Below are positions 10,104-19,658 of a DNA stretch of 64,000 nt, in pieces (positions within the stretch are counted from its first letter, which is position 1; each line of letters opens with the position of its first letter). The translations under genes were made by a program, and so were the position numbers. The stretch is from the NCBI GenBank assembly GCA_965601925.1, contig OZ271854.1, positions 1,792,001 through 1,856,000 of the forward strand, given 5' to 3'. The DNA is from Alkalispirochaeta sp. GTDB taxonomy: Bacteria; Spirochaetota; Spirochaetia; DSM-27196; Alkalispirochaetaceae. The notes under the pieces are model-generated. The model did no database searches and had not been told where the DNA came from. It saw nothing but the letters and a program-made list of their open reading frames with translations.

Positions 10104-10730
10104 ATGGCATCGTGCCTGTTCGTCCGGAACGATCATCCGTGTTCCGCGGAGGTAGCCGCGGCTCTCGTCTATCGATCCAACTGGGACACCGTCGATGTCG
10201 GCATTTGGCGACCGGATTTCTCGTCGCGCTCCCCGTACCGCATTGTCGTTGCACCCCTCGCCTCGATCGCTCCCGTACTGCGTGAGGCAAGTGTTCCTTC
10301 GCACGTGCTTCCGTACGGATCGGCCGATCGTATGGAACACGCCTTTTTGCTGGCGGCCAAAGACTATCTGTGCGTTCCCTTCTCTCGCTCCGAAGTGGTC
10401 GCTCGTAGTCGGCGGTTGACGCATGTCGATGAGGCCGGGTTCGGCCATGTGGTCGTGAGAGCCGGTATTACGCTGGTGCTTACCGGCCCGCAACGACTTT
10501 TGTTGGAACTGTTCTGTCGTTTTCCCGGTTATGTCATTGATCGCGGTACCATCGTGGAGCACCTTGGGGTGGGAAATCCCGGTTCCGTAGATTCTCGAGC
10601 TCCCGACATGGCGGTGTCTCGTCTGCGTCGAGCCCTTCGTGATACCGACGTCACCATTGAAACGGTACGACGTCGCGGATACCGTCTCGTCGCGAAGCCG
10701 GAGGAACGGGCCCGCTCCGAACGTGTATAA
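10104..10730 (+). CDS. OmpR-type winged-helix regulator with degenerate receiver
   Basis: C-terminal 'DMAVSRLRRAL...IETVRRRGYRL'. The N-terminal receiver lacks the phospho-Asp and the KPF lysine. Confidence 0.7.
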   Translation: MASCLFVRNDHPCSAEVAAALVYRSNWDTVDVGIWRPDFSSRSPYRIVVAPLASIAPVLREASVPSHVLPYGSADRMEHAFLLAAKDYLCVPFSRSEVVARSRRLTHVDEAGFGHVVVRAGITLVLTGPQRLLLELFCRFPGYVIDRGTIVEHLGVGNPGSVDSRAPDMAVSRLRRALRDTDVTIETVRRRGYRLVAKPEERARSERV

Positions 10731-10965
10731 CATGTGGAAAAGTCATTGATCGGACGCCGCGGGACGTCGATGAAACGCTGGGCGACGTACGGGTAGCTTT
10801 GAGGCGCTTTACGAACTATCGTCGCGTTGTTTCTATTTCTCTTCTCTAAAAAGATTTATGGCCAATCGACTCCTCTTTTGGTCGTGTATTGTGTCAATTT
10901 AGCCCAATGACGTCGCGCACCGGTTACTACGAAGTGTGACGGCTCTGTGGAAAAGCTGTGGAAAA
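10722..10965. promoter_or_regulatory. Cluster of DnaA boxes flanking an AT-richer stretch
   Basis: TGTGGAAAA (= TTTTCCACA, matches TTWTNCACA) at 10733-10741, 10946-10954 and 10957-10965; one-mismatch box CGTGTATAA at 10722-10730. Confidence 0.6.
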
Positions 10966-10996
10966 CCTGGGCTCGGTATGCTACGCTTTGGGTCCG

Positions 10997-11965
10997 GTGA
11001 AGAGAACGCTGCTCGTGCCCGTGTTGCTCATCGTCGCTACCTCTACAGGTGCAGCACTCCTAATCGGAGGAGTGTTCGCCGCCGGTGCGTCGGTCGAGGC
11101 GGTCTATACATCGATCCCCGCCATTCTTACGGCAAGCATTTCCATCGGTTTTCTTTTGGTCACCGTCCGGTCTCTCTTACAGCCGCTGCGACCTGCGTTG
11201 TTCATCGCGATCGGTACGCTCACCGTTTTCACGTTCACGATCGGTGCGTTGGTACTGGAGGATATGTTCTTTCCCGGCGGCGCGGTCGATAGCTCCACTT
11301 CGCGCCCGATTCCCACCGATGTAGTGCTTCACGGAGACGATCTGGCCCTCGTCGTGGGCGGACGGATCGGGCCCGAGCTTCGCGATATCCTCGTGATTCG
11401 GCAGAGCGAGACGCCGCGCATTGTCGAGTTTCCCCGTGCGTTCTGGAACTCGGCCGACGATACGTTGGTCGTGTTGAACCATCCGGACATCGCGACGCGG
11501 AGTGTATCCGGTTTCACCGCGACGACGATCGCACCGGCGCTCGTGCGAACCGCCGAGGATGCCCGCAGAGTCCACGCCGAAATTCGCGCCGCGTGGGACG
11601 GACGGATCGATCGGGCGATAGGCGTCGACGCCTTGTTCGGGTTGAGCCTCGCCGGGCTGGGAAGAGTGTTCCTCTTCTCGTGTGCCGTCGCTATGACATG
11701 GACCGCGGCGCGGCTCAGCCGATGGCCGTTGTTCAACCTTCTGACCGCCGCAGCGTATGTACGGCTCGTGTTCGCCGCCCCGCGGCTGAGTGCGATACCG
11801 ATACTCGCCGCGACGTGGGACAGCGTGGTGGGCGCACCGTTGCATATACTGTTGCCCGATGTGCTCTGGTTGCTCATCGTGCTCGGTTCGACGGTTGTAC
11901 TGGCCATATTGCCGTCTTTCGCTACGTGGCAGCGAGACGTGCACCCCGAGGTCGTAAATCGATGA
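10997..11965 (+). CDS. Membrane protein, possible divergent LptF/LptG-like permease
   Basis: Pattern of 3 TM, beta-rich soluble region, 3 TM. Start uncertain (GTG 10958 or GTG 10997). Confidence 0.55.
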   Translation: MKRTLLVPVLLIVATSTGAALLIGGVFAAGASVEAVYTSIPAILTASISIGFLLVTVRSLLQPLRPALFIAIGTLTVFTFTIGALVLEDMFFPGGAVDSSTSRPIPTDVVLHGDDLALVVGGRIGPELRDILVIRQSETPRIVEFPRAFWNSADDTLVVLNHPDIATRSVSGFTATTIAPALVRTAEDARRVHAEIRAAWDGRIDRAIGVDALFGLSLAGLGRVFLFSCAVAMTWTAARLSRWPLFNLLTAAAYVRLVFAAPRLSAIPILAATWDSVVGAPLHILLPDVLWLLIVLGSTVVLAILPSFATWQRDVHPEVVNR

Positions 11966-13707
11966 ACCATCGCGCGCGATTTTTCGTCATTCTTCTCGTC
12001 GGTGCGCTTATTCTCTTGTCGTTTTCCGTTGCGGCGGCATTACGGTCCTTAGGCGCCGTGCTCCCCTTGGAGCCGGTGCGAACGATATTTCTATCGATCG
12101 CGTGGATGCCCACCTTCTTCGACTATCTCATCGTCGTGGTCGTGTCTGCCGCGCTGATTACCTTCTCCCTTGCGCTGAGTTCATATGATCTCGGTGGGTC
12201 CGGCCGTCTCATCGAAGCCGCGCGACCCGTGCTTGTAACGATTATCGTCCTCGGTATAGTCCACGGTTTCTGGATCGCCCTTGCAGGGCCGGCGGTAGAC
12301 CTGAGAATACAGCAGATCGCCTACCGAAGTCGTGTCGCGCGGTTCGCCCTCGATACCGTCGAGCAATCTCAGGCGGTCGGTAACTACGACGAAGCGCTCG
12401 AGCATGCGCTGCTGTATCGTTCCATATTCGGTGATGACTACGATCTCGAGGCGACGATTCGAGTGTTACAGGCCGCCATCGACGAGCGTGCTCGTGAGAT
12501 TCGATTTGCCGCGCGTCCACCCGTACCCGATGATCTTCCGCGGGCGGCGGAACAAGAGGAACTGACGATTGTCGATCTGATAAACAGCGCGCGTATGTTT
12601 CTGGAGCGCGGTAACTACTATAGCGCCCATTACTATGCGACCATAGCCGTACAACAGAGTGGCGATACGCGCGCGGACGCTCGACGAGTGCAATCCGAGG
12701 CGTTGCGAGCGATCGAAGGTGAGTCGTGGCGTATTGAAGAAGAGTCCCAGCGCACGCTCTATCGCGATAAGCTCAACGCATATCAATTGCTCGTACGAGG
12801 TGAACGTGATCCGCGCGCCTTAGTCGATGCGTACTATCTGTTTCAGGAGCTTGCGGCGCGCGCGCCCGACGATCCGGACGTTCGGCGTTACTCCGCGGTC
12901 GCAGAGGAGCGGGTTGCCGCGATTTCGTTCTTTGTCGAGGAGGCTCGAACGTTTCGGGCTCTCCCGGGGCGAAACGAACTCATCTTCTTCAATCGCCGAT
13001 CGGACGAGATGTCGGAACTCATCGTGGTTGATACGATCGTGCAAGCGCCGTCCGGCGACTTCTTTTACGGTATCGAGGTGTTTCGGCGCGAGCTCGACCG
13101 TACGGTCCATTTTCGGATTCCATACGGCAAGCGTATCGGCTCGACCCTCGTCCTACGGGCATTACGCCAGGGTGGGATGCCGAGCGACGGCGCGGCGAAC
13201 ATGGTTCTTCCACACTATCTCAGCGGCGCTCCGGTGGATGACGCATTCGGCGAGGTGATTCCGTTACAGCTCGATGTACCGGAGATTCTGCGCACCTCCG
13301 GTGGACAACGGGCGATGTCGACGTTCTCTTTGGAGGAGTTGATTCGTATTCCCCGCGCCCTCTCCGCTCTGGGCCAGCCGGTACGGTATGCAACGATAGA
13401 GCTGGCGTTGCGCTTCGTGCGCATCATGGGTTTTTTCGTCGTATCGGTGTACGCCGTGGCGTTGGGATGGCGCCATCGCAGTCTGTACATCGGAAGCCCC
13501 CCACTCACGGTGTTTGCACTCCTTCCCATTCTTCCCGTCGCCGTCTGGTGGACGGTCGACGTGACTCGATCCGTGCTGCTTGCCGCGGTCACCACCATCT
13601 CCGCCCACGCCGATCCGTCTACCGTGTTCATCGGTACCGTTTCCGTATTGTCGGCGGCCGTCGTCGGCTCCTTTGTCTCTCTGGCGCGGCAGTCGGTCGC
13701 TCCATGA
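11962..13707 (+). CDS. Membrane protein with large helical (TPR-like) periplasmic region, possible divergent LptF/LptG-like
   Basis: ATGA overlap at 11962. 3 TM, helical repeats, beta region, 'SLEELIRI...IELALRF...ALGWRHR', then 3 TM. Confidence 0.6.
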   Translation: MNHRARFFVILLVGALILLSFSVAAALRSLGAVLPLEPVRTIFLSIAWMPTFFDYLIVVVVSAALITFSLALSSYDLGGSGRLIEAARPVLVTIIVLGIVHGFWIALAGPAVDLRIQQIAYRSRVARFALDTVEQSQAVGNYDEALEHALLYRSIFGDDYDLEATIRVLQAAIDERAREIRFAARPPVPDDLPRAAEQEELTIVDLINSARMFLERGNYYSAHYYATIAVQQSGDTRADARRVQSEALRAIEGESWRIEEESQRTLYRDKLNAYQLLVRGERDPRALVDAYYLFQELAARAPDDPDVRRYSAVAEERVAAISFFVEEARTFRALPGRNELIFFNRRSDEMSELIVVDTIVQAPSGDFFYGIEVFRRELDRTVHFRIPYGKRIGSTLVLRALRQGGMPSDGAANMVLPHYLSGAPVDDAFGEVIPLQLDVPEILRTSGGQRAMSTFSLEELIRIPRALSALGQPVRYATIELALRFVRIMGFFVVSVYAVALGWRHRSLYIGSPPLTVFALLPILPVAVWWTVDVTRSVLLAAVTTISAHADPSTVFIGTVSVLSAAVVGSFVSLARQSVAP

Positions 13708-14510
13708 GGCGCTACACAGGTCGAATCATCGGGACCGCGGTGGGATCTCTCGCCGGACCGGCCGGAGTGCTCTTCGGTCTGCTCGCAGGATGGCTCGTGG
13801 ATCAATTTCGTTCGGTGGTCGCACCCGATCGGGCGCTACGCCGATTCTTGCGTAATCCACGACGTAAGAAGACCGATAGTCGAGCGCGACTATATACGAT
13901 GTGCGCTCTCGCCGCGGTGGTGCTGGCAGACGACGACATATCCGCCGTGTCCGCCCCCCGTACCGATGCGATTGCGCTATTGTCCGCCGGATATGCGACG
14001 CTATCGCGAAACGGGACCGGGCAAGGGGCGTTCGACGGGCGCTTCGCCGCCGCAACGCTCCGACGGTGCGCTTCGATGCGTCGTATCATCGATGTCGATG
14101 CGATCACTACCGTTGTCGGCACAACGCGAGCTCACGATCTACTGGGTATCCTTGCGCGCATCGCCGTGGGCGATCGCGGCGCGATGAGTAGGGCATCCCG
14201 AGAGGCCTTTTTTGCGATTGCGCGCGGTCTCGCCGTGGACGAGCTCACCGCCCGCCGGATTGCCGAACATATCGATCGGCTCGATGAGCGCTCTTGCCGC
14301 ATTCTCGGCGTCGATACGTGCGCAAACGAGGCGGATGTGCGCGGCGCGTTTCGCGCTTTGGTTCGTCAATTGCACCCCGACGGCGCAAGCGCGCTTGAGG
14401 AGGCGCAGCGCAAGAGCCTCGAGGAGGCGCTCGTGCGCGTACGAGACGCCCACGATCTTCTCATTGAGCAGTTGCGACGTCGCGCGCACCCATCTATTCG
14501 GAAAGCGTAA
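13704..14510 (+). CDS. djlA: DjlA-like co-chaperone (TM anchor, TerB-like region, J domain)
   Basis: ATGA overlap at 13704. N-terminus 'GRIIGTAVGSLAGPAGVLFGLLAGWLVD'; C-terminal 'ILGV...RQLHPD'. Confidence 0.75.
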   Translation: MRRYTGRIIGTAVGSLAGPAGVLFGLLAGWLVDQFRSVVAPDRALRRFLRNPRRKKTDSRARLYTMCALAAVVLADDDISAVSAPRTDAIALLSAGYATLSRNGTGQGAFDGRFAAATLRRCASMRRIIDVDAITTVVGTTRAHDLLGILARIAVGDRGAMSRASREAFFAIARGLAVDELTARRIAEHIDRLDERSCRILGVDTCANEADVRGAFRALVRQLHPDGASALEEAQRKSLEEALVRVRDAHDLLIEQLRRRAHPSIRKA

Positions 14511-15780
14511 GACGCTCGATACGAGCTCCCAATGAGCTCAAACGGCGCGTAAGATCCTCATAGCCCCGTTCGATCTGGTACACGTTGCCTATGACGCTTC
14601 GTCCCTGCGCACAGAGTGCGGCAATGACCATCGCCATACCCGCTCTGACGTCCGGCGAGGTGAGTTGCGACCCGGTGAGCGTCGCGGGGCCGCTTACCAC
14701 TGCGCGGTGCGGATCGCACAACACGATCCTCGCACCCATGCCGATCAGCTTGTCGACGAAGAACATTCTCGATTCGAACATCTTTTCGTGGATGAGAATC
14801 GTCCCATCGACCTGTGTCGCCAACACGGTGACGATACTGGTGAGATCGGGCGGAAAACCGGGCCACGGGCTATCGTCGATTTTTGGGATCATGCCTCCCA
14901 AGTCCGGTTGTACCGCGAGACGCTGATCGGCTCCGACGTGAATCGTATCTCCGTCGACGTCCCAATCGATGCCCAGTTTGTTGAAGGCGATGCGCGTCAT
15001 CTTCAGCTGTCCGGGGTTCGCGCGTTCGATCGTCACCTCTCCCCGTGTGGCGGCGGCCAAACCGATGAAGCTTCCGACCTCCATAAAATCGGCGCCGATG
15101 TCGAAGTTCGTTCCGTTGAGCTTTCGCACGCCGCGGATGGAGAGAATGTTGGATCCGATACCGGTAATGCGGGCTCCCATGCTGTTGAGCATGCGGCATA
15201 GATCCTGGACGTGCGGCTCGCTCGCCGCGTTTTCGATTCGGGTGTCGCCCTCGGCGAATACCGCCGCCATGATCGCGTTCTCCGTGGCGGTCACCGACGC
15301 TTCGTCGAGAAACAGCTCCGTTCCGATAAGGCGATTTGATGCGAGGCGAAAGCTGTGGTTGACTTCCACCGAGGCGCCCAGTCCTTCGAGGGCCAGAAAG
15401 TGGGTGTCCAGGCGGCGGCGTCCGATAACGTCGCCTCCGGGAGGGGGAAGCGTGACCGTTCCGGTGCGGGCCAACAGCGGCCCGGCAAGCAGGATCGACG
15501 CGCGAATCTTCCCCGACATTTCAGGCGATATTTCCGATCCGGCCAGTCCGGCCGCGTTGATACGCCACGTGTTGGTGCCCTCTCTGTCTACGCGGCACCC
15601 AAGCTCGCCGAGGATCGAGAGCATCACGTGCACATCCTCGATATCCGGGATGTTTCCCAGGACGACGTCCTCTTCCGTAAGAATCGCCGCGGCGATACAG
15701 GGAAGCGCTGCGTTTTTGTTGCCGCTTGCCGTAACGCGCCCCTGAATGGGCTGGCCACCTTCAATGACGTACTTGTACAT
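14494..15780 (-). CDS. murA: UDP-N-acetylglucosamine 1-carboxyvinyltransferase
   Basis: 'GNKNAALP', 'RASILLAGPLLAR', 'SVTATEN', 'PGFPPD', 'IERGYE'. Confidence 0.96.
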   Translation of the reverse strand: MYKYVIEGGQPIQGRVTASGNKNAALPCIAAAILTEEDVVLGNIPDIEDVHVMLSILGELGCRVDREGTNTWRINAAGLAGSEISPEMSGKIRASILLAGPLLARTGTVTLPPPGGDVIGRRRLDTHFLALEGLGASVEVNHSFRLASNRLIGTELFLDEASVTATENAIMAAVFAEGDTRIENAASEPHVQDLCRMLNSMGARITGIGSNILSIRGVRKLNGTNFDIGADFMEVGSFIGLAAATRGEVTIERANPGQLKMTRIAFNKLGIDWDVDGDTIHVGADQRLAVQPDLGGMIPKIDDSPWPGFPPDLTSIVTVLATQVDGTILIHEKMFESRMFFVDKLIGMGARIVLCDPHRAVVSGPATLTGSQLTSPDVRAGMAMVIAALCAQGRSVIGNVYQIERGYEDLTRRLSSLGARIERLTLSE

Positions 15781-15812
15781 AGTACGCTCCTTTCGAGATC
15801 AATGTGGTTCGG

Positions 15813-16844
15813 TTAGTCGAGGCCGACGAGGCGAACCGGTAGGTCGGTCAGTGGATCGGCTTCGAGCACGATCGAGAGACGATACAACTCGTACTCGATC
15901 GCGATGTCATGGGCGAGCTCCCACCGCGGGAGGCCCAGTTCAAGGGTCAGTTCTACAACTTCCGGTATTGTTACGAGTCGGGCCGGCAATAGGTGCGACG
16001 CCGGAGGTGCGTCGTCCAACGGCCGGAGCGCTCCGTCGATACGCTCCAACCACGCGTCGTCGGCGCTCATAGTCAACTGCGCTTCAAATGCCGCCAAACG
16101 GTCATTGAGGCGTCTGAGGAGCGCAATCGACGCGTTGTGGACAAAATCCTCCCCGGTCCAGGAAAAGGCGTCGACGATGATCTCTCTACGCCCGTCGGCC
16201 TCGAACACCTGCATGTACTGGACAAGTTCTTTGCGTTGATCGCCGTCCAAATCGCGGAGCGTCGACCTCGTCATCGCCGACAACTGAGTCTTGAGAATAT
16301 ATGGATTCCCCTCGGCAACCAAAACGATGAGCTCCTCTTCCCGATTCCCGAATGCGAGACGTATTCGAAGCCCGTTCGGCGAACCGTTGGCGGCGTGCAG
16401 GAATATTTCTTCCACATGTAGGACCGAAGCGCCGCTGCCGACCGGCTGTATGTCGACCTCGTCTCGTCCACGACCGTCCGTCGTCGCCTGAATCACCGCG
16501 ATGTGGACGTCGGTTTGCAGAAGTCCGAGAACCGCGGCTTCGTTTCGACGGGATTGCGGCGCGTGAAAGACCCCTGCGACCGGCGCTTGCTCGAAGGAGA
16601 TCAACTGATATCCCTCGCGACGGGTCTCCGGAAGGGCGTGAAGGTACGCGGCGACGTCGTCGACGGTTGCCGTCTCGCGGTCGAAGTCGTTCCCATCGCC
16701 CGCCGATTGCCCATCGGAGGGGCGGTCGCTCGTCTCGGGTGTCGCTAAATGAGTCGACACGTGCGCCCCGTCGCCGGTCGCGCACGAGGCGAGATAGAAC
16801 ACCGCGAGAAGAGTAGTGATCGATACCGATGCGGCGAATCGCAT
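15813..16844 (-). CDS. Hypothetical lipoprotein with a DxDxDG Ca-binding-like motif
   Basis: Lipobox 'LASC'; 'RDLDGDQRKEL'. Confidence 0.6.
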   Translation of the reverse strand: MRFAASVSITTLLAVFYLASCATGDGAHVSTHLATPETSDRPSDGQSAGDGNDFDRETATVDDVAAYLHALPETRREGYQLISFEQAPVAGVFHAPQSRRNEAAVLGLLQTDVHIAVIQATTDGRGRDEVDIQPVGSGASVLHVEEIFLHAANGSPNGLRIRLAFGNREEELIVLVAEGNPYILKTQLSAMTRSTLRDLDGDQRKELVQYMQVFEADGRREIIVDAFSWTGEDFVHNASIALLRRLNDRLAAFEAQLTMSADDAWLERIDGALRPLDDAPPASHLLPARLVTIPEVVELTLELGLPRWELAHDIAIEYELYRLSIVLEADPLTDLPVRLVGLD

Positions 16845-16885
16845 ACTTGCAGCAATGGTAGCGCTTGGCTACAGTGAGGCGCAAC

Positions 16886-18268
16886 ATGAAAGTCATGAAA
16901 TTCGGCGGGAGTTCTCTTGCCGACGAGATGCGGATTCGCGGTGCCGCGCGGATCGTCCGAGACGCTATGCAGGAAGAACCGGTGGCCGTCGTTCTGTCGG
17001 CGATGAAGGGTGTTACCGACACGCTTCTGGAGGCGGCACGCAGGGCGGAACGGGGCGAGGCCGGGTATCACAATCTCGTAGAGACCCTTCGTGCGCGCCA
17101 TCGCGAGGCGATCGAGGCGTTGATTGCAAGCGGCGACGCCGCCGAAGTCGTCGACGATGCGATGTCACTTTTGGACGAGCTCGCGGATTTATTGCACGGC
17201 GTGGAGTTGATTCGCGAGTGTTCGCCGCGGACGATGGATCTGGTGCTGAGCTTCGGTGAGCGTCTCAGCTGCCTTACTATGCGCGCATTTCTCACTCGGG
17301 AGGGCGAGCCGGCTGAGTTTGTAGACGCGCGAGAGATGGTGATAACCGACACGACTCACGGCAGCGCCGTCGTCGACTACACCGAGACCTATCAGCGGAT
17401 CGCCGCACATCTGCATCGTTGTGCCGGGATTCCGATTATCACCGGGTTCATCGCCTCCTCTCACGACGGCGTAACCACGACGTTGGGACGTAATGGGTCG
17501 GATTACACCGCGTCGCTCGTCGGTGCGGCGATCGGAGCCTCGTCGGTCGAGATATGGACCGATGTAGACGGTGTGATGAGTGCCGACCCGCGTTGCGTCG
17601 GGGACGCCTTCGTCATCCCCGAGATCAGTCTGCAAGAGGCGATGGAACTTTCATATTTCGGAGCGGAGGTCATCCATCCGTATACGATGATTCCCGCGGT
17701 GGAACGCGACATACCGCTGTGGATTAAGAATACTCTCAACCCGGCCGTTGCCGGCACCTTGATCAGCGGTCGTCCCGTACCCCACGATCGCGACATCACC
17801 GGTCTCGCCTCGATCGGCAACGTCGCGTTGGTCAATGTCGAGGGGGGCGGTATGCTCGGGATACCGGGGATCGCCTCTCGAGTGTTCGGTGCCTTGGCAA
17901 AGGCCGGCATCAACATCATCATGATTTCGCAAGCGTCCAGCGAGCACAGCATCTGTATCTGCATCCGGGAAACGCAGCTCGAGCGTGCATTAGACTCTTT
18001 GCGTGAGGAGTTGCACGACGAGCTTGACCATCGACGCATCGATCAGTTCGAAGAGCAAAGGCGGCTGGAGGTCGTTGCGGTAATCGGCGCCAATATGCGC
18101 GGCCGGCCCGGCATCGCCGGGCGGTTGTTCAACGCGCTGGGGGATGCCGAGATTAACGTGCTTGCCATTGCGCAAGGTTCGAGCGAGATGAATATCTCGT
18201 TCGTAATCGACCGGGATGAGCGCAGGCGCGCGCTCAACGCAGTGCATCGCGCCTTTTTTTCGGCGTAG
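16886..18268 (+). CDS. lysC: Aspartate kinase (monofunctional, two ACT domains)
   Basis: 'MKFGGSS', 'TTLGRNGSDYTA', 'WTDVDG', ACT domains. Confidence 0.93.
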   Translation: MKVMKFGGSSLADEMRIRGAARIVRDAMQEEPVAVVLSAMKGVTDTLLEAARRAERGEAGYHNLVETLRARHREAIEALIASGDAAEVVDDAMSLLDELADLLHGVELIRECSPRTMDLVLSFGERLSCLTMRAFLTREGEPAEFVDAREMVITDTTHGSAVVDYTETYQRIAAHLHRCAGIPIITGFIASSHDGVTTTLGRNGSDYTASLVGAAIGASSVEIWTDVDGVMSADPRCVGDAFVIPEISLQEAMELSYFGAEVIHPYTMIPAVERDIPLWIKNTLNPAVAGTLISGRPVPHDRDITGLASIGNVALVNVEGGGMLGIPGIASRVFGALAKAGINIIMISQASSEHSICICIRETQLERALDSLREELHDELDHRRIDQFEEQRRLEVVAVIGANMRGRPGIAGRLFNALGDAEINVLAIAQGSSEMNISFVIDRDERRRALNAVHRAFFSA

Positions 18269-18325
18269 TGCCGGTGTCGGGTGCGGCGGTGAGCCTGTCG
18301 CGCCGGGAATGAGAGAGGAAGTATC

Positions 18326-19639
18326 ATGAGATTCTCGAGTACGCGAGATCCCCAGCATACTGAGGTGTCCTTCGGTGAGGCGATCTTTCGGGGCCTTGCG
18401 CCCGACGGCGGGCTGTATCACCCGACCGACGAGCCCGATCTCAGGGCGTTGATTCGCAGCTTCGGCGACGATACCGCCTTTGTCGACCTCTCGGCGGCGC
18501 TGATTCAAGGACTTCTGCCGGAGGACTACGACGCGACCGCCGCTCGTAATGTAGCGCTCCGCGCCTTTCCCTTTGCTCCGCGCCTGGCGGAACTCGAACC
18601 CGGTATCGTCCTTCTGGAGCTGTTCCACGGCCCGTCATGCGCGTTTAAGGATTTCGGTGCGAGCTTTTTGGCCGCCGCCATGGAGGATTATCTTGCCGAA
18701 CGTCGATCGCGGGCGGTCATCCTCACGGCGACCAGCGGCGATACCGGGAGCGCGGTCGCCCACGCCTTCCTCGACCGCGAGAACATCGACGTCGTGATCC
18801 TCTATCCGTCGGGGAAGGTGAGTCCGTTACAGGAAAAACAGCTCACGACACTCGGCGGCAATGTGCTTGCTTTGGAGGTCGCCGGCACGTTCGACGACTG
18901 TCAACGGATGGTCAAAGAGGCGTTCGTCGACGAGTCGCTGAAGGAGCGGTTCAACTTGACCTCCGCCAACAGCATCAACGTCGGCAGGCTCATCCCGCAG
19001 AGTTTTTACTACGTGTACGCCTTCGCCCAGCTCAAAGAGCAGATCCACGACGAGATCGTCTTTTGCGTCCCGAGCGGCAATTTCGGGAACCTCACGGCCG
19101 GAATCCTCGCGTGGCGCTGGGGCATGCCGACCTCCGGGTTCATTGCGGCGACCAACGTCAACGATGTGGTGCCGCAATATCTCAAGACCGGGGTCTTCTC
19201 ACCGCGGCCGTCGGTACCGACGTTGGCCAACGCGATGGATGTGGGAAACCCGAGTAACTTCGAGCGCCTTACCGCGTTGTTTCTCGGCGAGATGCTCGAA
19301 GTAACAAGTCTTCTCTCGGGAGTAGCGGTAGACGATCAACTGATCGCAGAGACGATGAAGAGCGTATGGGCCGCCCACGGCAGGCTTATCTGCCCGCACA
19401 CCGCGACCGGCGTGTATGCCGCTCGGCGACGCCTTGCCGAGGAGCGGGGAAGCGACGCGACTGTGGTTACTCTGGCGACCGCGCATCCGGCGAAGTTTGT
19501 CGAGGTCTGTCGCGATGCGGTCGGAGTAGAGCCGGAGATTCCCGAGCGGTTGGCGCGCCTGCTTGACCTCCCGAAGCGATCGGTCGCCGTAGAGCCGACG
19601 CTCGAGGCGTTGCGATCCGCTCTCGTGGAGCACGTGTAA
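18326..19639 (+). CDS. thrC: Threonine synthase
   Basis: 'GLAPDGGLY', 'ELFHGPSCAFKDFG', 'ATSGDTG', 'VPSGNFGN', 'TAHPAKF'. Confidence 0.95.
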   Translation: MRFSSTRDPQHTEVSFGEAIFRGLAPDGGLYHPTDEPDLRALIRSFGDDTAFVDLSAALIQGLLPEDYDATAARNVALRAFPFAPRLAELEPGIVLLELFHGPSCAFKDFGASFLAAAMEDYLAERRSRAVILTATSGDTGSAVAHAFLDRENIDVVILYPSGKVSPLQEKQLTTLGGNVLALEVAGTFDDCQRMVKEAFVDESLKERFNLTSANSINVGRLIPQSFYYVYAFAQLKEQIHDEIVFCVPSGNFGNLTAGILAWRWGMPTSGFIAATNVNDVVPQYLKTGVFSPRPSVPTLANAMDVGNPSNFERLTALFLGEMLEVTSLLSGVAVDDQLIAETMKSVWAAHGRLICPHTATGVYAARRRLAEERGSDATVVTLATAHPAKFVEVCRDAVGVEPEIPERLARLLDLPKRSVAVEPTLEALRSALVEHV

Positions 19640-19658
19640 CGGTCGTCTCGATATATCG

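Noticed and set aside
11593..11961. N-terminal extensions of ORF-track calls (11593, 13467, 42153, 56428, 61701, 51077)
   Set aside because: They overlap upstream genes or promoters; downstream starts with ATGA/GTGA coupling or an RBS fit better.
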